Below, piece after piece: positions 13,743 through 29,904 of a DNA stretch of 64,000 bases. Made by a program: the position numbers and the translations under genes. Numbering within the stretch: position 1 is the stretch's first letter; every line of letters begins with the position of its first letter. A model generated the notes under the pieces. It saw only the letters and a list, made by a program, of their open reading frames with translations. It was not told the origin of the DNA and searched no databases. Source of the stretch: Eledone cirrhosa (Eukaryota). The stretch is from contig OZ024752.1 in NCBI GenBank assembly GCA_964016885.1, positions 3,596,001-3,660,000 on the forward strand. Reading direction: 5' to 3'.

Positions 13743-13920
13743 GTATGAGAGAAAGAGAAAAAGAGAGTGAAAGTAGGTATGAGAGAGAGAGAGTGAGTGT
13801 GACAGTAGGCATGAGAGAGAGAGAGAAAGAGAGTGAAAAAAGTATGAGAGAGAGTGAGAGTAGGTATGAGAGAGGGGGGAGAAAGAGATAGAAAGAAGAG
13901 AGAGTAGGTATGTGAGAGTA
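13605..13920. repeat. (GA)n compound microsatellite with GTAGGTATGAGA interruptions
   Basis: Directly visible. Confidence 0.9.
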
Positions 13921-14414
13921 AAAGGTGAATTTAGAATATACAATTCAGAATATACAATTATTCCTCGGAGAAAAAAAAACAACAAATTAATTGGCTTGAA
14001 CTGTTTTAAAGGAGACACACTCATCACCCTAATGATGTCACTCTACCTTCTCCCCAACCATTTTTCAAGGAGACATTTTCTTCACAATAATGATACCGCC
14101 CTCCCCACAATTTTTACTTTACAAGAAACTACACTCATTATTGTTAAAATGATGACCCCTAATTTTAGTATATATGTAGATGGTTAAAATTCCATCAACT
14201 TGCCCGAGTAGGCGTTCGCTTTCCCAGTCCCACATTTTTTTTATGATATTTTATATTATTATATTTTTTTGTTTCTGTATTTTCATGCCGACTTCACCCC
14301 CTCGTTCCTTACAACAACCAGTCGTCCTACAGACGGTTCATGTTGACAAACCTCTTCACCATTATCAGGACCAGCCTCACCCCAGAACCCTAAAACAATG
14401 ATAGCTGTTAAAAT

Positions 14415-14596
14415 TAATTGTTTCTACATTTGGCACAAGGCCAGCAATTAACCCCAGTGTATTACTGGTACTTTATTTTATCGACCCCGTAAGGATGAAA
14501 GACAAAGTTAACCTCGGCGGTATTTGAACTCAGAATGGCAAGGGCCTAACTCTATGGGTCAAAGCATGGCGTCTGACCCGCTACAAATACTGCCAA
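14415..14596 (-). mobile_element. tRNA-derived SINE
   Basis: Reverse complement of core: TGGTACTTTATTTTATCGACCCCGTAAGGATGAAAGACAAAGTTAACCTCGGCGG; B box TTTGAACTC. Confidence 0.85.
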
Positions 14597-14959
14597 AAAT
14601 TAATGATTCACAACTACACTTAAGGTCTCCACTGCTTTTCTATTTGGTTTAGTACTGTAATATGCATTTAGCTAAAATATTTGGGGAGGGTCATATTGTG
14701 ATAATATTGCCAGAAATAACAATAGAACACACTGTTTGGTTGGTTTTTGCTTCTGTATCTTTTAGATCTCCAGAGTTAATTTACCTGGCAATCAACGTTT
14801 ATCGTTGATTGACCAACGTTTAAAAATACAGATATAAATACATATATATAGTCTTAAGTTCTTTCGTCATTCATATGTGACATCATCATTGGTACTATTA
14901 TCTTTCCTCCCGTTGTATTATAATGTCTATGCCATTTTTATTTTACTTATTTATTCATT

Positions 14960-15988
<1,029 letters not shown>

Positions 15989-16135
15989 TATTTTCCGTTG
16001 TGTTGTAATATAAATATTACACACAGTAGATTATCAGCTCACGTAGAGTTTGCTCGACGGTTCCAGTTGTAGTTCCAAAAGTAATCCGGAGAAAAATAGA
16101 AAGATTTGAATGGATACAGTTTAGTTGAAAGGAAT

Positions 16136-16252
16136 TTATTGACACGTGTTTCTATAACAGTTACATAACCTAAAACAGCTATCTACAAACTTTTAGTTAT
16201 GCAGACATTCAATATTTCAATGTTATTATTTACTGTCATTTCATCAGAATAA
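16136..16252 (-). ncRNA. Type I hammerhead ribozyme with long branched stem II (left arm)
   Basis: Mirror of 18270-18386: TCATCAG at 16241-47, GACACGTGTTTC at 16141-52. Confidence 0.75.
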
Positions 16253-16838
16253 TATTACTGAGGAGCTATTTAGTTTTTATAGAGAATATTAGGAGGGAGG
16301 GGTGAAGTTGTTAGAAGAATAGTTGAAGGAGTGGTTTTTCGATAGCAGTGAGAATTCTTGGTGGCAGTGAGTAATTAGATTCCCATCTGTTGTTTTGACA
16401 TTTTTTATAGAATATATTATTGGTTATTTTTCTAAATCTATAGAAGGATTAGAGATAGTGAAGATATGCGTGGTTGGTTTTGTGTTTGCACTTAATTAAC
16501 ATTCAGACTTAAATTTTTCTTTCAAGTGTACGTATCCTTTCACCCACGCATTCACACACAAATATATTTGCACACCTCTACAAAATACATATACACACAA
16601 TTCACATATTCATACTTACATATATATACACATGCATACACATATATATACACACATGTATTCATGTACATACATACGCGCTCATGTGTATACATTTTCA
16701 TACTCAACTTATCTTTATATACACACGTATAGACACACACATATATACATACATACTCTAGTCCATGTGTACACACATACACATACATACACATCCATAT
16801 ACACATATATACATACACATATATACATACATATATAC

Positions 16839-16877
<39 letters not shown>

Positions 16878-17643
16878 CATACATACACAAACATACATAT
16901 ACACATATATACATATATATACATATATAAGCACTTTAATACATGAATACACTTACATCTAACTATACACATCAAACATATATATATATTTACTTATTTA
17001 TATACATTTTCACATATATATACATACTTATGGACGTTTTTAGACACATTCATTATCGCATATTTGTACCTCTTCTCATCAGCATATCTTTTCATTATTA
17101 GTATGGTAATTTAAGGTTATTAATATATGTTGAGAAGAGATTGTTTTTATATTTTTCTAACTAGATTAAGGTTTATATAGTTGGGGGATGTCCCTCTTTT
17201 ATGTAATATTCGGCTTGTAGTGGGAAAAAAGGGTTTTAGTTCTGTGACGGCAGAACGAACATTATTCTGCCGTCACAGAACTAAAACCCTTTTTTCCCAC
17301 TACAAGCCGAATATTACATAAAAGAGGGACATCCCCCAACTATATAAACCTTAATCTAGTTAGAAAAATATAAAAACAATCTCTTCTCAACATATATTAA
17401 TAACCTTAAATTACCATACTAATAATGAAAAGATATGCTGATGAGAAGAGGTACAAATATGCGATAATGAATGTGTCTAAAAACGTCCATAAGTATGTAT
17501 ATATATGTGAAAATGTATATAAATAAGTAAATATATATATATGTTTGATGTGTATAGTTAGATGTAAGTGTATTCATGTATTAAAGTGCTTATATATATA
17601 TATATATGTATATGTGTGTATATGTATGTTTGTGTATGTATGC

Positions 17644-17683
<40 letters not shown>

Positions 17684-18269
17684 GTATATATGTATGTATA
17701 TATGTGTATGTATATATGTGTATATGGATGTGTATGTATGTGTATGTGTGTACACATGGACTAGAGTATGTATGTATATATGTGTGTGTCTATACGTGTG
17801 TATATAAAGATAAGTTGAGTATGAAAATGTATACACATGAGCGCGTATGTATGTACATGAATACATGTGTGTATATATATGTGTATGCATGTGTATATAT
17901 ATGTAAGTATGAATATGTGAATTGTGTGTATATGTATTTTGTAGAGGTGTGCAAATATATTTGTGTGTGAATGCGTGGGTGAAAGGATACGTACACTTGA
18001 AAGAAAAATTTAAGCCTGAATGTTAATTAAGTGCAAACACAAAACCAACCACGCATATCTTCACTATCTCTAATCCTTCTATAGATTTAGAAAAATAATC
18101 AATAATATATTCTATAAAAAATGTCAAAACAACAGATGGGAATCTAATTACTCACTGCCACCAAGAATTCTCACTGCTATCGAAAAACCACTCCTTCAAC
18201 TATTCTTCTAACAACTTCACCCCTCCCTCCTAATATTCTCTATAAAAACTAAATAGGTCCTCAGTAATA

Positions 18270-18386
18270 TTATTCTGATGAAATGACAGTAAATAATAAC
18301 ATTGAAATATTGAATGTCTGCATAACTAAAAGTTTGTAGATAGCTGTTTTAGGTTATGTAACTGTTATAGAAACACGTGTCAATAA
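18270..18386 (+). ncRNA. Type I hammerhead ribozyme with long branched stem II (right arm)
   Basis: TTATT CTGATGA(18275-81) aATGACAGT...ACTGTTATa GAAA(18370-73) CACGTG TC AATAA; GUC triplet, palindromic stem III, 88 nt stem II. Confidence 0.75.
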
Positions 18387-18417
18387 ATTCCTTTCAACTA
18401 AACTGTATCCATTCAAA

Positions 18418-19383
<966 letters not shown>

Positions 19384-20924
19384 CAGCAGTAGGTCCCGAT
19401 AGGTTCCCTGCTTGTGTCTTGAAGGCGTGTCAACACCAACTTGCTTCTCCTCTTGCCAATCTGTGGCGGAACTCACTGGATGCTGGATATGTGCCAGAAA
19501 ACCTTCTATCCCAGTCTGTTGTCCCAGTTTTCAAAAAGGGAAACAAATCCCTTGCCGTGAATTACCGTCCAATCTCACTCACCTCTCATATCATTAAGGT
19601 ATTTGAGCGAGTGGTGAGATCGCGAATGACCCACTTCCTTGAGAGTAACAATATGCTGAACTCCAACCAGCATGGATTCCGTAATGGAAGGGATTGCCTG
19701 ACGCAACTACTGCATCACTTTGATGACATTTTGAGAGCCTTGGGAGAGGGTTCCAACACTGATGTTATCTACCTTGATTTCAGCAAGGCCTTTGACAGGG
19801 TTGATCATAACATTCTACTGAGAAAGCTGTCCAATATTGGTGTCACTGGAAAGCTGCTGCAGTGGATCAAGAGCTTCCTGTCAAACAGAACCCAACATGT
19901 TGTAGTTGAGGGAGTCAAATCAAGCCCAGCCAAAGTCAGTAGTGGAGTCCCACAAGGCACTGTGTTGGGCCCACTTCTCTTCATCATCTATATTAATGAC
20001 ATCACTGACATCATCAAACACAGCAACATTAAAATTTTCGCTGATGATTCCAAGCTCCAAAAGGTCATCAATGGCGTGGATGACCGGATAAGCCTTCAGT
20101 CAGACCTATTGGCTGTTACCCAATGGGCAGAAAAGAACAACATGTTACTGAACGAAGACAAATTCGAACTGATCCACTTTGGAAAAGAGGATGCTCTGAA
20201 ACTCCCGTACTCCCTTCCCTCCGGGGAAACTCTCGTGGCATCTAACAACATCAGAGACTTGGGAGTAACCGTGGACAGCAACATAAGCTGGACCACGCAT
20301 ATAAGCAGCAAAGTTGACATGGCCCGCAGAATGTGTTCCTGGATCCTCAGAACCTTCCAGTCGAGAGATTCCCGCACCATTATCCTTCTCTTCTCTACTT
20401 TCGCCCGACCACACCTTGAATACTGTTGTCCACTGTGGTCTCCCCACACGAAACAAAGTATCATGAAACTTGAAGCTCCTCAAAGGGCAATCACGAAAAA
20501 GATAGATGGCATGTCAGACCTTGACTACTGGGGTCGATTGGAAAACCTGAAACTTTACTCACTCCAACGTCGCCGTGAGCGTTATATTATCTGCATGATG
20601 TGGAAAATGTTCCATCATCACTGCCCAAATGATGTTGGCATCGCCTTCAAGATACACCCAAGGCTTGGGCCCCGTGCTATCCGTCCCATTCAAAAATCTA
20701 AATCGCAACTCATAACAACAATACGGCACAATTATTTCACCTCAATCGGCCCTGCTCTCTTCAACATCACACCAGGACACGTCAAAACAGAAACTGACCA
20801 CACAAAATTCAAGAAGTCTTTGGACAAATTCCTCCAAGTAATCCCGGACAAACCACCCACACCCGGATATGTCTCCGCAAACAGTAATTCTCTTCTCGAA
20901 TGGGCCATGGTGCCCAAATCCTGA
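19384..20924 (+). CDS. Non-LTR reverse transcriptase (ORF2 C-terminal ~510 aa, no endonuclease, no true start)
   Basis: [77 protein letters not shown]; no stops or frameshifts. Confidence 0.92.
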
Positions 20925-21010
20925 ATTGAAAGACTTCGCCAGGTGGTGCTATTAAGTTAGACATGGCCTGGGCCAATACTGGCCAAAACATTTCAAAGTT
21001 ATTCAAAGTT
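19384..21010 (+). mobile_element. CR1-group LINE, 5'-truncated, inserted in (TA)n
   Basis: RT frame plus 86 bp 3' UTR ending in TTTCAAAGTTATTCAAAGTT; TA tracts on both sides. Confidence 0.9.
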
Positions 21011-21048
21011 ATATATATATATGTATATATACATGTACATATATATAT

Positions 21049-21144
<96 letters not shown>

Positions 21145-21145
21145 G

Positions 21146-21255
<110 letters not shown>

Positions 21256-21358
21256 TATATATCTAAGGCGGGTAAAATTCCCGAGATCCAGAGCGTGAAA
21301 TTAATAGACATTCGTTGTACTGTCTCTCTGTTTTGTCCCTGTTCAAAAAAATGTTTTC

Positions 21359-21417
<59 letters not shown>

Positions 21418-21422
<5 letters not shown>

Positions 21423-22045
21423 CAAGGTTTAGCAAATAGAGAAAAAGTTTTAAAATAAATGTTAAAAAGTCCGCTGTACCTGCCATAGAACCACATTGGT
21501 ATACGGTTGGATAATACTTGTGTCCCTGTGTGTATTTTTTACACGTACGAACACATACTTTATTTTTATTAATCTCCCCTAAGGTTGAGATAACATTTTG
21601 GTCGTTTGAACTGCTGTTATTTCTAGTGGCAGGACATTGATCTGTCCGCCTCTTGCTTTTGTCTTTACACACGGCACTAGACAAAATTGGTCATTTCCTC
21701 ATTCACTCTCATCCGGGAACAATTTTGTATGGCGCCAGTTTGTGATTTGAATTCGGAATTTTATATTCTCCTAGCGAGAAGAACCTTCTGACGAGAATCC
21801 CCTTCTCAATGATGGCCCGCCTGGATTATCCATTTATTTTGGGATTTGAAACCGCGCGGTAAGAGTACATATAGTAAGTACAGCGAACTTTTTAAAATTT
21901 ATTTTAAAACTTTTTCTCTATTTGCTAAACCTTGATTTTATATGTTCAGGCTCGTTAATGTATTAACCTGGCATAGAACCACATTGGCATACAGTTGAAT
22001 ACCTATGTCACTGTGTGTACTTTTTACACGTAGGAACACATACTT

Positions 22046-22048
<3 letters not shown>
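21418..22048 (+). mobile_element. Retrozyme/pLTR-like element: inverted tail + ~488 bp unit + partial direct repeat
   Basis: Inverted repeat 21418-21479/21878-21938; direct repeat 21479-21563/21967-22048; hammerhead at 21781; TA tracts on both sides. Confidence 0.8.
21781..21868 (+). ncRNA. Type I hammerhead ribozyme, intact core, weak stem I
   Basis: CTGACGA(21788-94) GAATCCC...GGGATTT GAAA(21848-51) CCGCGCGG TA. Confidence 0.7.
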
Positions 22049-22133
<85 letters not shown>

Positions 22134-22251
22134 GTAAGCTTGCAAGGTAAATGTGTCCGTAGGCCGTATGCCTGTTGAGCACTCGATGCTCGCGCAGAGC
22201 AGAGTATAATATCATAAAGATCGATGAAAACCGGAGACGATCTCATATACC

Positions 22252-22345
22252 AACATATCTGAAGAACTTTCGATTACAGAGTCAGATTCGATCTGTAATA
22301 GATCTTGCCTCGAGCTGATCGATAGAGCAACATATGTAATATGTT
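22252..22345 (+). ncRNA. Type I hammerhead-like motif, GCAA in place of GAAA
   Basis: AACATAT CTGAAGA(22259-65) 61 nt stem II with inner hairpin ATTACAGA/TCTGTAAT, GCAA(22327-30) CATATG TA ATATGTT, then AATAAA. Confidence 0.7.
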
Positions 22346-22374
22346 AATAAATATGATATGACGCAACACTAAAT

Positions 22375-22500
22375 CCTCAGAAGAGGAAGACCAAGGTTAA
22401 CATATGCTGATGCCCTAAGGACAGACACTGTCTCTTGGAGGACATGTCAGCGATAATGAGGGACAGAGACCTTTGGAGAGAACTCGTCCATGGATCTTGG
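22375..22500 (+). mobile_element. RTE-like LINE 3' coding remnant
   Basis: RRGRPRLTYADALRTDT...MRDRDLWRELVH resembles RTE ORF ends. Confidence 0.5.
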
Positions 22501-22539
22501 GAATGTTACCCGCCCTAGATATTTATATGTATGTCAATG

Positions 22540-22835
22540 AACGAGGTTAATACACGAATCGACCCATCTTTTCAAAGATCTGTTGTTCGCAACTGAGCAG
22601 AAAGAGTAGTGGTTGAAACTAAGAGCGCTTGAACTCCTTATTAATTTTGCCGAGAGATTTTCGGTCGCGTTCATAGCAGTGGGGACTTCTAGTATCCTTG
22701 GCCCACCGGCCACCTCCCTGCTCACCACTAACGGGACAGTGTTGGCTACACGCAGGTGTGAGCCTTGCGAGCTGGAATAGCTCTCCCAGCGCGTCTCCCT
22801 CGCCATCCACCGAGGAAACATTTTCTCTATTCTGT
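22540..22835 (+). mobile_element. CRE-clade (RLE) LINE C-terminal remnant
   Basis: FIAVGTSSILGPPATSLL...LSQRVSLAIHRGNIFSIL matches the QRISLAIQRGNA-type end. Confidence 0.65.
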
Positions 22836-24372
22836 CCGCCGGAGCCACGGGTCGGCCAGCCCGTATTCTCTCATTTGCCCACAATAGTGAGAGAATTAGA
22901 GAGCAGAAGAAACGGAGGCATTGACAGAGTTTGCTTCTTTGTGAGTCGCACCTGATGTGTATATAAGAAATAATGAGACCAAAAGTTTTATTTCGCTAAT
23001 CCCCCGTTTCGAGACTCGTAGACACGAATAAATACACATACAAAAATATTTTTTCTAAAAGACTCACAGGGTGCAAATAGCTACAAACAGAATCATCTGT
23101 GATAGTAATACAAATACATTCCCGTTGAAACTGAGGAGATGGTCAGTAACAGTGACTTAGAGAGAAAGGGAGCGCAAGGAGAGAGTGAGAGGGGGAGTTT
23201 TAAGTATTAAACTAAATCTAGATGAGGCAAACGTACAACGAAAAACATAAGAATAGAAATGGATTGATGGTTTGAAATATCTGACAGTTTACATTATTTG
23301 TTATTGTTGTTGTTGTTGTAGTGGAGGTGGTGGTGGTCGTAGTGATGGTAGTAGTGGTAGTGATGGTGGTGGTAGTAGTAGTAGTATCTGACAGTTTACT
23401 TTACTTGTTATTGTTGTTGTTAATGTTTTTGATAATGGTTCTTGTAGTAAGTGTTTGCTTGTGCTTTTACCATTAATTATTTAATTATTCGTTTATTTTT
23501 TTTTTTTTGTTGATATTTCTTTTGGGAGAGGGGGGGGGGGCATAGCATCATCATCATCATCATCATCATTTCCATCATTTCTATGAAACCATTATTATGC
23601 ATATTATTATCATTTTATTTTATTATTATTATATTTTATTTTTGTATTCATCCCCTTCCACTCACTTCTGCCTCATTCCTGGGTGATTCTGTGCATGTGA
23701 TTTTCTTCGTGCTATTATTTTTCGTAATGTCGTCCTTGTTTTGCCGTTTATGTTGTTGTTGTAGTCATTATTGTTGCTGCTGCTGCTGACGTAGCAGTTA
23801 TTTATGTGCGTCCCGTTCTTATTTTTTTGGTTCCTGTACTTTTCAAAATGTCTGCGTGGTTGATTGTACTGACGGAGGGCAGGTATATGTAGCTCTCTCA
23901 CTGCCTTCATATTTGTCAGTTATTTTGTTTCTATTTTTTTTAATTGATTTTACTTTTTGAAATCCATTCTTTGTTTTACTATTCTATATATATTTTTAAT
24001 CTAAATGTGATTTATATTTTTGTTTAGTTTAGTTTTCTAGGGGCTAAACTTTACAAGGTTGGTTGAAGAATTGTCACATAAAATTCCAAACCTACTCCCA
24101 CTACCCATTGCATTTACTGTCATCGTTTCAGTTACTTTCGATGATTATTAAGAAGAGAAAATTTAGGGGTGAAGTCAGACTACTGCAGAAAATAAAATGA
24201 ATTCCTTCAGAAAAACTGAACTGTGAAATAAAACATTAAGTGAATAAACGTAAAACACGCATTCTTAATCTGACCGAAAAAAAAAAGTCTCACACACTCA
24301 TACACAGAGACAGACAAACACAAACAAACATAGACACATACAAGCGTATATATGTATATATATAAATATACG

Positions 24373-24406
<34 letters not shown>

Positions 24407-24409
24407 TAC

Positions 24410-24457
<48 letters not shown>

Positions 24458-24644
24458 ATATATACATGTATATATATATATATATATATACATATACATG
24501 TATATATATACATGTATATGTATATATATATATATACACACACACACATATATATATATATACACACATATATGTATATATATATATCTATATGTATATA
24601 TATATGTATGTATATATATGTACGTATATATATATATATATAAA

Positions 24645-24697
<53 letters not shown>

Positions 24698-24845
24698 TGA
24701 GAGAAAGAGGGATACAGAGAGAGGGGTGGTTTAAAATGTTCAGGACACGCCATGTCATGACGGAGCCCCAGCTACGTCATCAGGCGTTAAGAGCTCATGG
24801 TTGAATGAATGGCACCCACACAAACTCTCTCTCACATATACACAC

Positions 24846-24885
<40 letters not shown>

Positions 24886-25384
24886 CGAGGGGGAGAGAGA
24901 GAGAGAGTGATTAATAGGGAGGTATTAGGTAGGTAGATATACATATAGATAGATAAATAGATAGATAGTTGGTTAGATAGATTGATAGATATTTAGATAG
25001 ACAGATAGATACATACATACATACATACATATACATACATACATATATACATACATACATAGACACATGCCGTTGTTTATCTGCTTGTTGTTTGTGCAGA
25101 TGTGTGCACATATATTGACGCATTCACAAATAATTAAAATCTTTGATTTATTTTTTCACTTTCTTATCTTTTATAGACATTATTTCCATGTCTTTTAGTT
25201 TCAATTTTCTTCTTCATTTCCTGCCTCTCATTCCACTACTTCGGATACATTTCTTTCCCCTTCATTCGTTTAAATGTTTGGCTTAATCATAAAACCATTC
25301 ATAAGAATCACTTGAAATACACTGGGAAAACACTGGAATTTAAATATTATTTTCAAATTCATGTTATATAGTATGTATGTAAGC

Positions 25385-25437
<53 letters not shown>

Positions 25438-25512
25438 AGTATGTGTGTGTGTGTATGTGTGTGTGAGTATGTGTGTGTATGTATGTTTGTGCGTGTGTTT
25501 GTATATACATTG

Positions 25513-25543
<31 letters not shown>

Positions 25544-25663
25544 TTATGTATATATATATATATATTTATGTATATATAGGGAGAGAGATGGAGGTCGCTG
25601 CAAGTTTCCTTATATATTCAGGTACACTCATACACACACACACACATGCACACACTCGCACAC

Positions 25664-25709
<46 letters not shown>

Positions 25710-26077
25710 TATGCATGCATATATGTGTTCGCGGGTGTGTGTGAGTTTATGTGTGGGCGCTTGTTTAGGTGATGGCTGCAATTTTATCTTCGAAATTCCA
25801 TTAGGTTATTTTTTATTATCATTTTATAAGCTTAGTCATATATTTATATTATAATTCATTTATTGATTTCAATTTCACATTTGAGAACATGACACAAGTC
25901 ACCAGAAAGGAGTTTAGCAGAACATGTTTAAACGGCCGTTTATTTATTCATGGCATCGCAATACATTTTCTTAAATATACATTGAATAAGTTAGACACAT
26001 TTTGACAAATCTCTTTTTCACCGTTGCTTCCATGTTACATATATTTATTTACACGTGTGTGAAAATTTGTGTGTATG

Positions 26078-26117
<40 letters not shown>

Positions 26118-26122
<5 letters not shown>

Positions 26123-26230
26123 TAAAATAACAAATTTTAATAAATATTTGCTCTACGGTTCTTATATATTTGACATATATTTGTCTTTATCGAGCCCTCT
26201 TTGGATTTTAGTGTTCAAATTTATTATTAT

Positions 26231-26233
<3 letters not shown>
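26118..26233 (+). mobile_element. ~120 bp TA-flanked mini-element
   Basis: Reverse complement of 34264-34388; end AGCCCTCTTTGGATTTTAGT.TTCAAATTTATTATTATTAC shared with 3412-3452. Confidence 0.75.
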
Positions 26234-26290
<57 letters not shown>

Positions 26291-26754
26291 TTAGTATATG
26301 TTGGTTGTTTACCCTCACCTCAGTATGCAGATTGGAGCACTCGACGAGGTACGAAGTTGGTTTGTTTACTCCCGAGTAATGTAAAATAATTAAGTCAAAT
26401 ATGTAAAATTTGGCTTCGTTTATTATAAATTATAGATTATAAATTATTGATTATAAATTATAGATTATAGATTATAAATTATAGATATACTGCTATATAT
26501 ATTTAGGTGACAGTCCGAATTGGTGTGGAAAAGACAGGTACACATGTTGTTGAAGTGTAATTTTACTCCATCAATACATCGATATGTCCAGCTCCTGGTT
26601 ATGTTGTTATTCCTCTGAGGAACTGGAATCATATATCTCTATATATATATTCATACTTAAATACCTACATATACACTCACACATATATATGCATATATAG
26701 GTATAAACACACATTTATACACATACATATATATATACATACACAAACACACGC

Positions 26755-26790
<36 letters not shown>

Positions 26791-27419
26791 GGGGGGGGCG
26801 GTATGTTTGCATGTAAACTGGAATGACTTTCTCCAAGAAAGATGTCTTAATTAAGACTAGGATTCTCTTGCTCCACACACATGCTCGCTTGATATGTGGC
26901 ACTTTTTGCGATGCATGGTATTGCTGGCCAGGACTAAAAAGCTGCCACGTTCTGGATGATCATGCTTAAGTATCAAGTGATAGCATTATACGAAATCGAG
27001 TTGCAGCCATCATCATCATGATCATCATGTATGTATACATGTATGTACATTTCTGCTTTTCATGTGTATCGCTTATGAACCATACCTTTGGAATAAAGTG
27101 ACGTAGATAAAATAATTATCTCACTTAAAAGTATGTCTTTGGTTTCATATAATCACATACATTCTTGAAGGTAGTGCTGTAGTATGGTTCCAGTCTCGTG
27201 ACTGAAACCAGTAAAAAACATAAAAGGAAAATGAGAGACTTTGAAGTTTCCCCGGGAAAATTGTGTATTCAACCTGTGAAATCGACCAAGAGGTGACACA
27301 CCTTAAGTCTCATTCTAATTGTTTCTTTCTCTTTTCTCACTTGGTGTTTCTTAAATGTATACGAAGAATACCTTTTACTGTTTCAGTTGATCTCTCTCTC
27401 TCTCTCTCTAATTATTTAC

Positions 27420-27478
<59 letters not shown>

Positions 27479-29371
27479 CCTAACTATCTACCTATCCATC
27501 TACCTAGCTAGCTGTATCTGTCCATGTTTCTCCTTGCTGCCCTCTGTCTCTTCCTTTGCCTATCTTTCAGTCTTTCCCTTTCCTCAAGTCAAGTCTCTCT
27601 ATCGACTCTGCATTTCCTTTGAATGATTATGTTTATCTGTATCTAAATAGTGACATCTCACTGTTGATTGTAACTCTCCCTTTTGTGCTGTGGTGGCCTA
27701 TCAAACAATGTCTCTCTCAGCTCTACTCTCAACCCAGTTTCTTCCGTGGTTCACTCCATATTTCTCTTATGTTATCCCCTTTCACTCTGATTTCTTTGGG
27801 CTGGGGTTAAGATGTGCAATACTTTTACATAGGGTGTTAACAAAAGTGTTACGCCTTTGAATTAAGGTGCACCAAAACAAATGTGAACAGTTATAAAATA
27901 TCTAATACTTGTTACCATTGAGGCCAACGTTTACCCTAAAGGATATTAAAACACACACATCATTATTATCTTCCCGGTCGTCTCTTTTGGTCACGCCTTT
28001 CGATGGCATCATTATCTATCTTCCATTTTTCCATTCTGACATATACACTCAAGATACAACATATTGTTTTATACAATAATCAAGAATGTGTTTAGAAAAC
28101 TATATGAACACCAGTACCTATTTTTATTCAACCCCTAAACTGAAATATCAATATTGACCTTAGCTGAATACTAATTTAAAACGAAAGGCTGCATAATCAA
28201 ATAGTATATTGCAATTTAACTGTCTCGTATTAGCATTTTTTTAAAAATAATTACTAGTTTTCTGTTCATTAACAGACGGATCTATTAATGGTTATCCTTG
28301 AATAAATATCACTATTACTTACGAGAATTATTCAGTTGTAATAAAAATTATCATATTTGTTTTACAATTACAAAATCTGAAAGCTCTATGATATCATTTC
28401 CTCAACTGAAAAGAAGGTGTGTTCCATATTCTTGTTTTGCCCTCGTCAAGCAGTGGGTGTAAATAACGGTTTAAAAAGAAAATATGATTCATTTTCAACT
28501 TACAATAGTGAAGGTTAATGGCTAAGAAAAATTCATCGAAAAGAAAGGAGAGTAAGATTTATTATTCTCCCTGTAAGGGATGATTTTCATATGGCAGAAG
28601 TTACATCTCTTAAAATGGATTCCATGTAAATCAGGGTTTCTCACAATTATGGAGTGGAGCTAAATATAATTTGACTGCATTAATACCGTTATGCTTGATC
28701 GTATCTTACCTTCCATAAAACTGACTTGAAATATTTATAGTATAATTTAAATGAAGTAGAAAGTCAGGCAAATCCCAAGACAACATTCATTCTTGCTCTA
28801 TTGATTTAGGAGTTTAACATCTTAAAATATCGTTACTAAATACTGAAACTGGTTTTAGTGATTATCACCTACAAACTAAAAAGAGAAACGAACAAGCTGT
28901 TATACAAGAATATCATCTTGAAAGAACTAATCACTGTCGGGTTACAGCCATACCAGAATGTCTGTAATTAGGGTCTAAACATCTGTCATTTGAACTGTAT
29001 TTATTTTATCTACACATTATATAATAGATTAGGGAGACGGAGTCACAAAGGAAATATAGACGAATTAGTTAATACTGCATTATTTTCAAAAAGGGATTTT
29101 CAAGCAAACTTTAATGTTATTTGGTAATCATGTTCGGCAATCGATATATTGATATATACATCGTCGAAATGACATCAATATTCTCGTTTTGTTTGATTGT
29201 CTAGTTGTTAGATTGTTAAGTTGATTTTCGTTCGTTGTCCCATTCTCAATTTAGAAAACAGAAATATTTTCTATTAATTCATTATCAGTTTCGATTTTAT
29301 AAATTATATAAACAGACTTAGATCCTCTAATACATCTGATACATACGGATTTTATGGTATGTATATATATA

Positions 29372-29569
29372 TAATATAGAAATGGCTTCTAAAGGACTAG
29401 AACTGTTTCAGCCGGGAGAAATCAACAGGGCTTCCTGATGATTTCGCCCGAATGTAACAGTTCTAGTTCGGTAGAAGCCTTTCTATATTAAACATTTATA
29501 CTCTATTTTGTATTCAGTACCTTACTTACTGTGGTTACCCCCGATTGAACCCGGGATAAACTTATAATT

Positions 29570-29570
<1 letters not shown>
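29372..29570. mobile_element. Old diverged fold-back palindrome of a hammerhead motif plus ~80 bp extension
   Basis: Arms 29372-29429/29434-29490; plus strand GGCTTC CTGATGA(29435-41)...GTAA CAGTTCTAGTTCGG TA GAAGCC; minus arm CTGTTGA...GAAA; homologous to 59525-59704. Confidence 0.75.
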
Positions 29571-29663
<93 letters not shown>

Positions 29664-29689
29664 AGTAACGAAAAATAAAATAATAATAA

Positions 29690-29884
29690 TAATAATTGTT
29701 TCTACTTTAGACCACCAGTTTGAAGGGGAGGGGAAAGTCGATTAAATCGACCCCAGCGCATGACTGGTGCTTTATTTAACGACCTCGGCAATGTTAACCT
29801 CGGTGGGATTTGAACTCAGACCGTAAAAAGCCGTAACGCTATGCTGCAAAGCATGGTGTCCGACGCTCTACCGAAACTGCCAAT
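29690..29884 (-). mobile_element. tRNA-derived SINE, near full length
   Basis: TTTGAACTC B box, ACTGCCAATCC head, AATAATTGTTTCTAC tail. Confidence 0.8.
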
Positions 29885-29904
29885 CCCCAACTCAATAATA
29901 ATAA

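Noticed and set aside
23848-23882. Possible first coding exon ATGTCTGCGTGG...GCAG|GTATAT
   Set aside because: Too short, no recognisable protein or partner exon
27826-28010. Tc1/mariner-like start (TAGGGTGTTAACAAAAG) and KRRPGR-like peptide
   Set aside because: No matching second TIR or DDE domain seen
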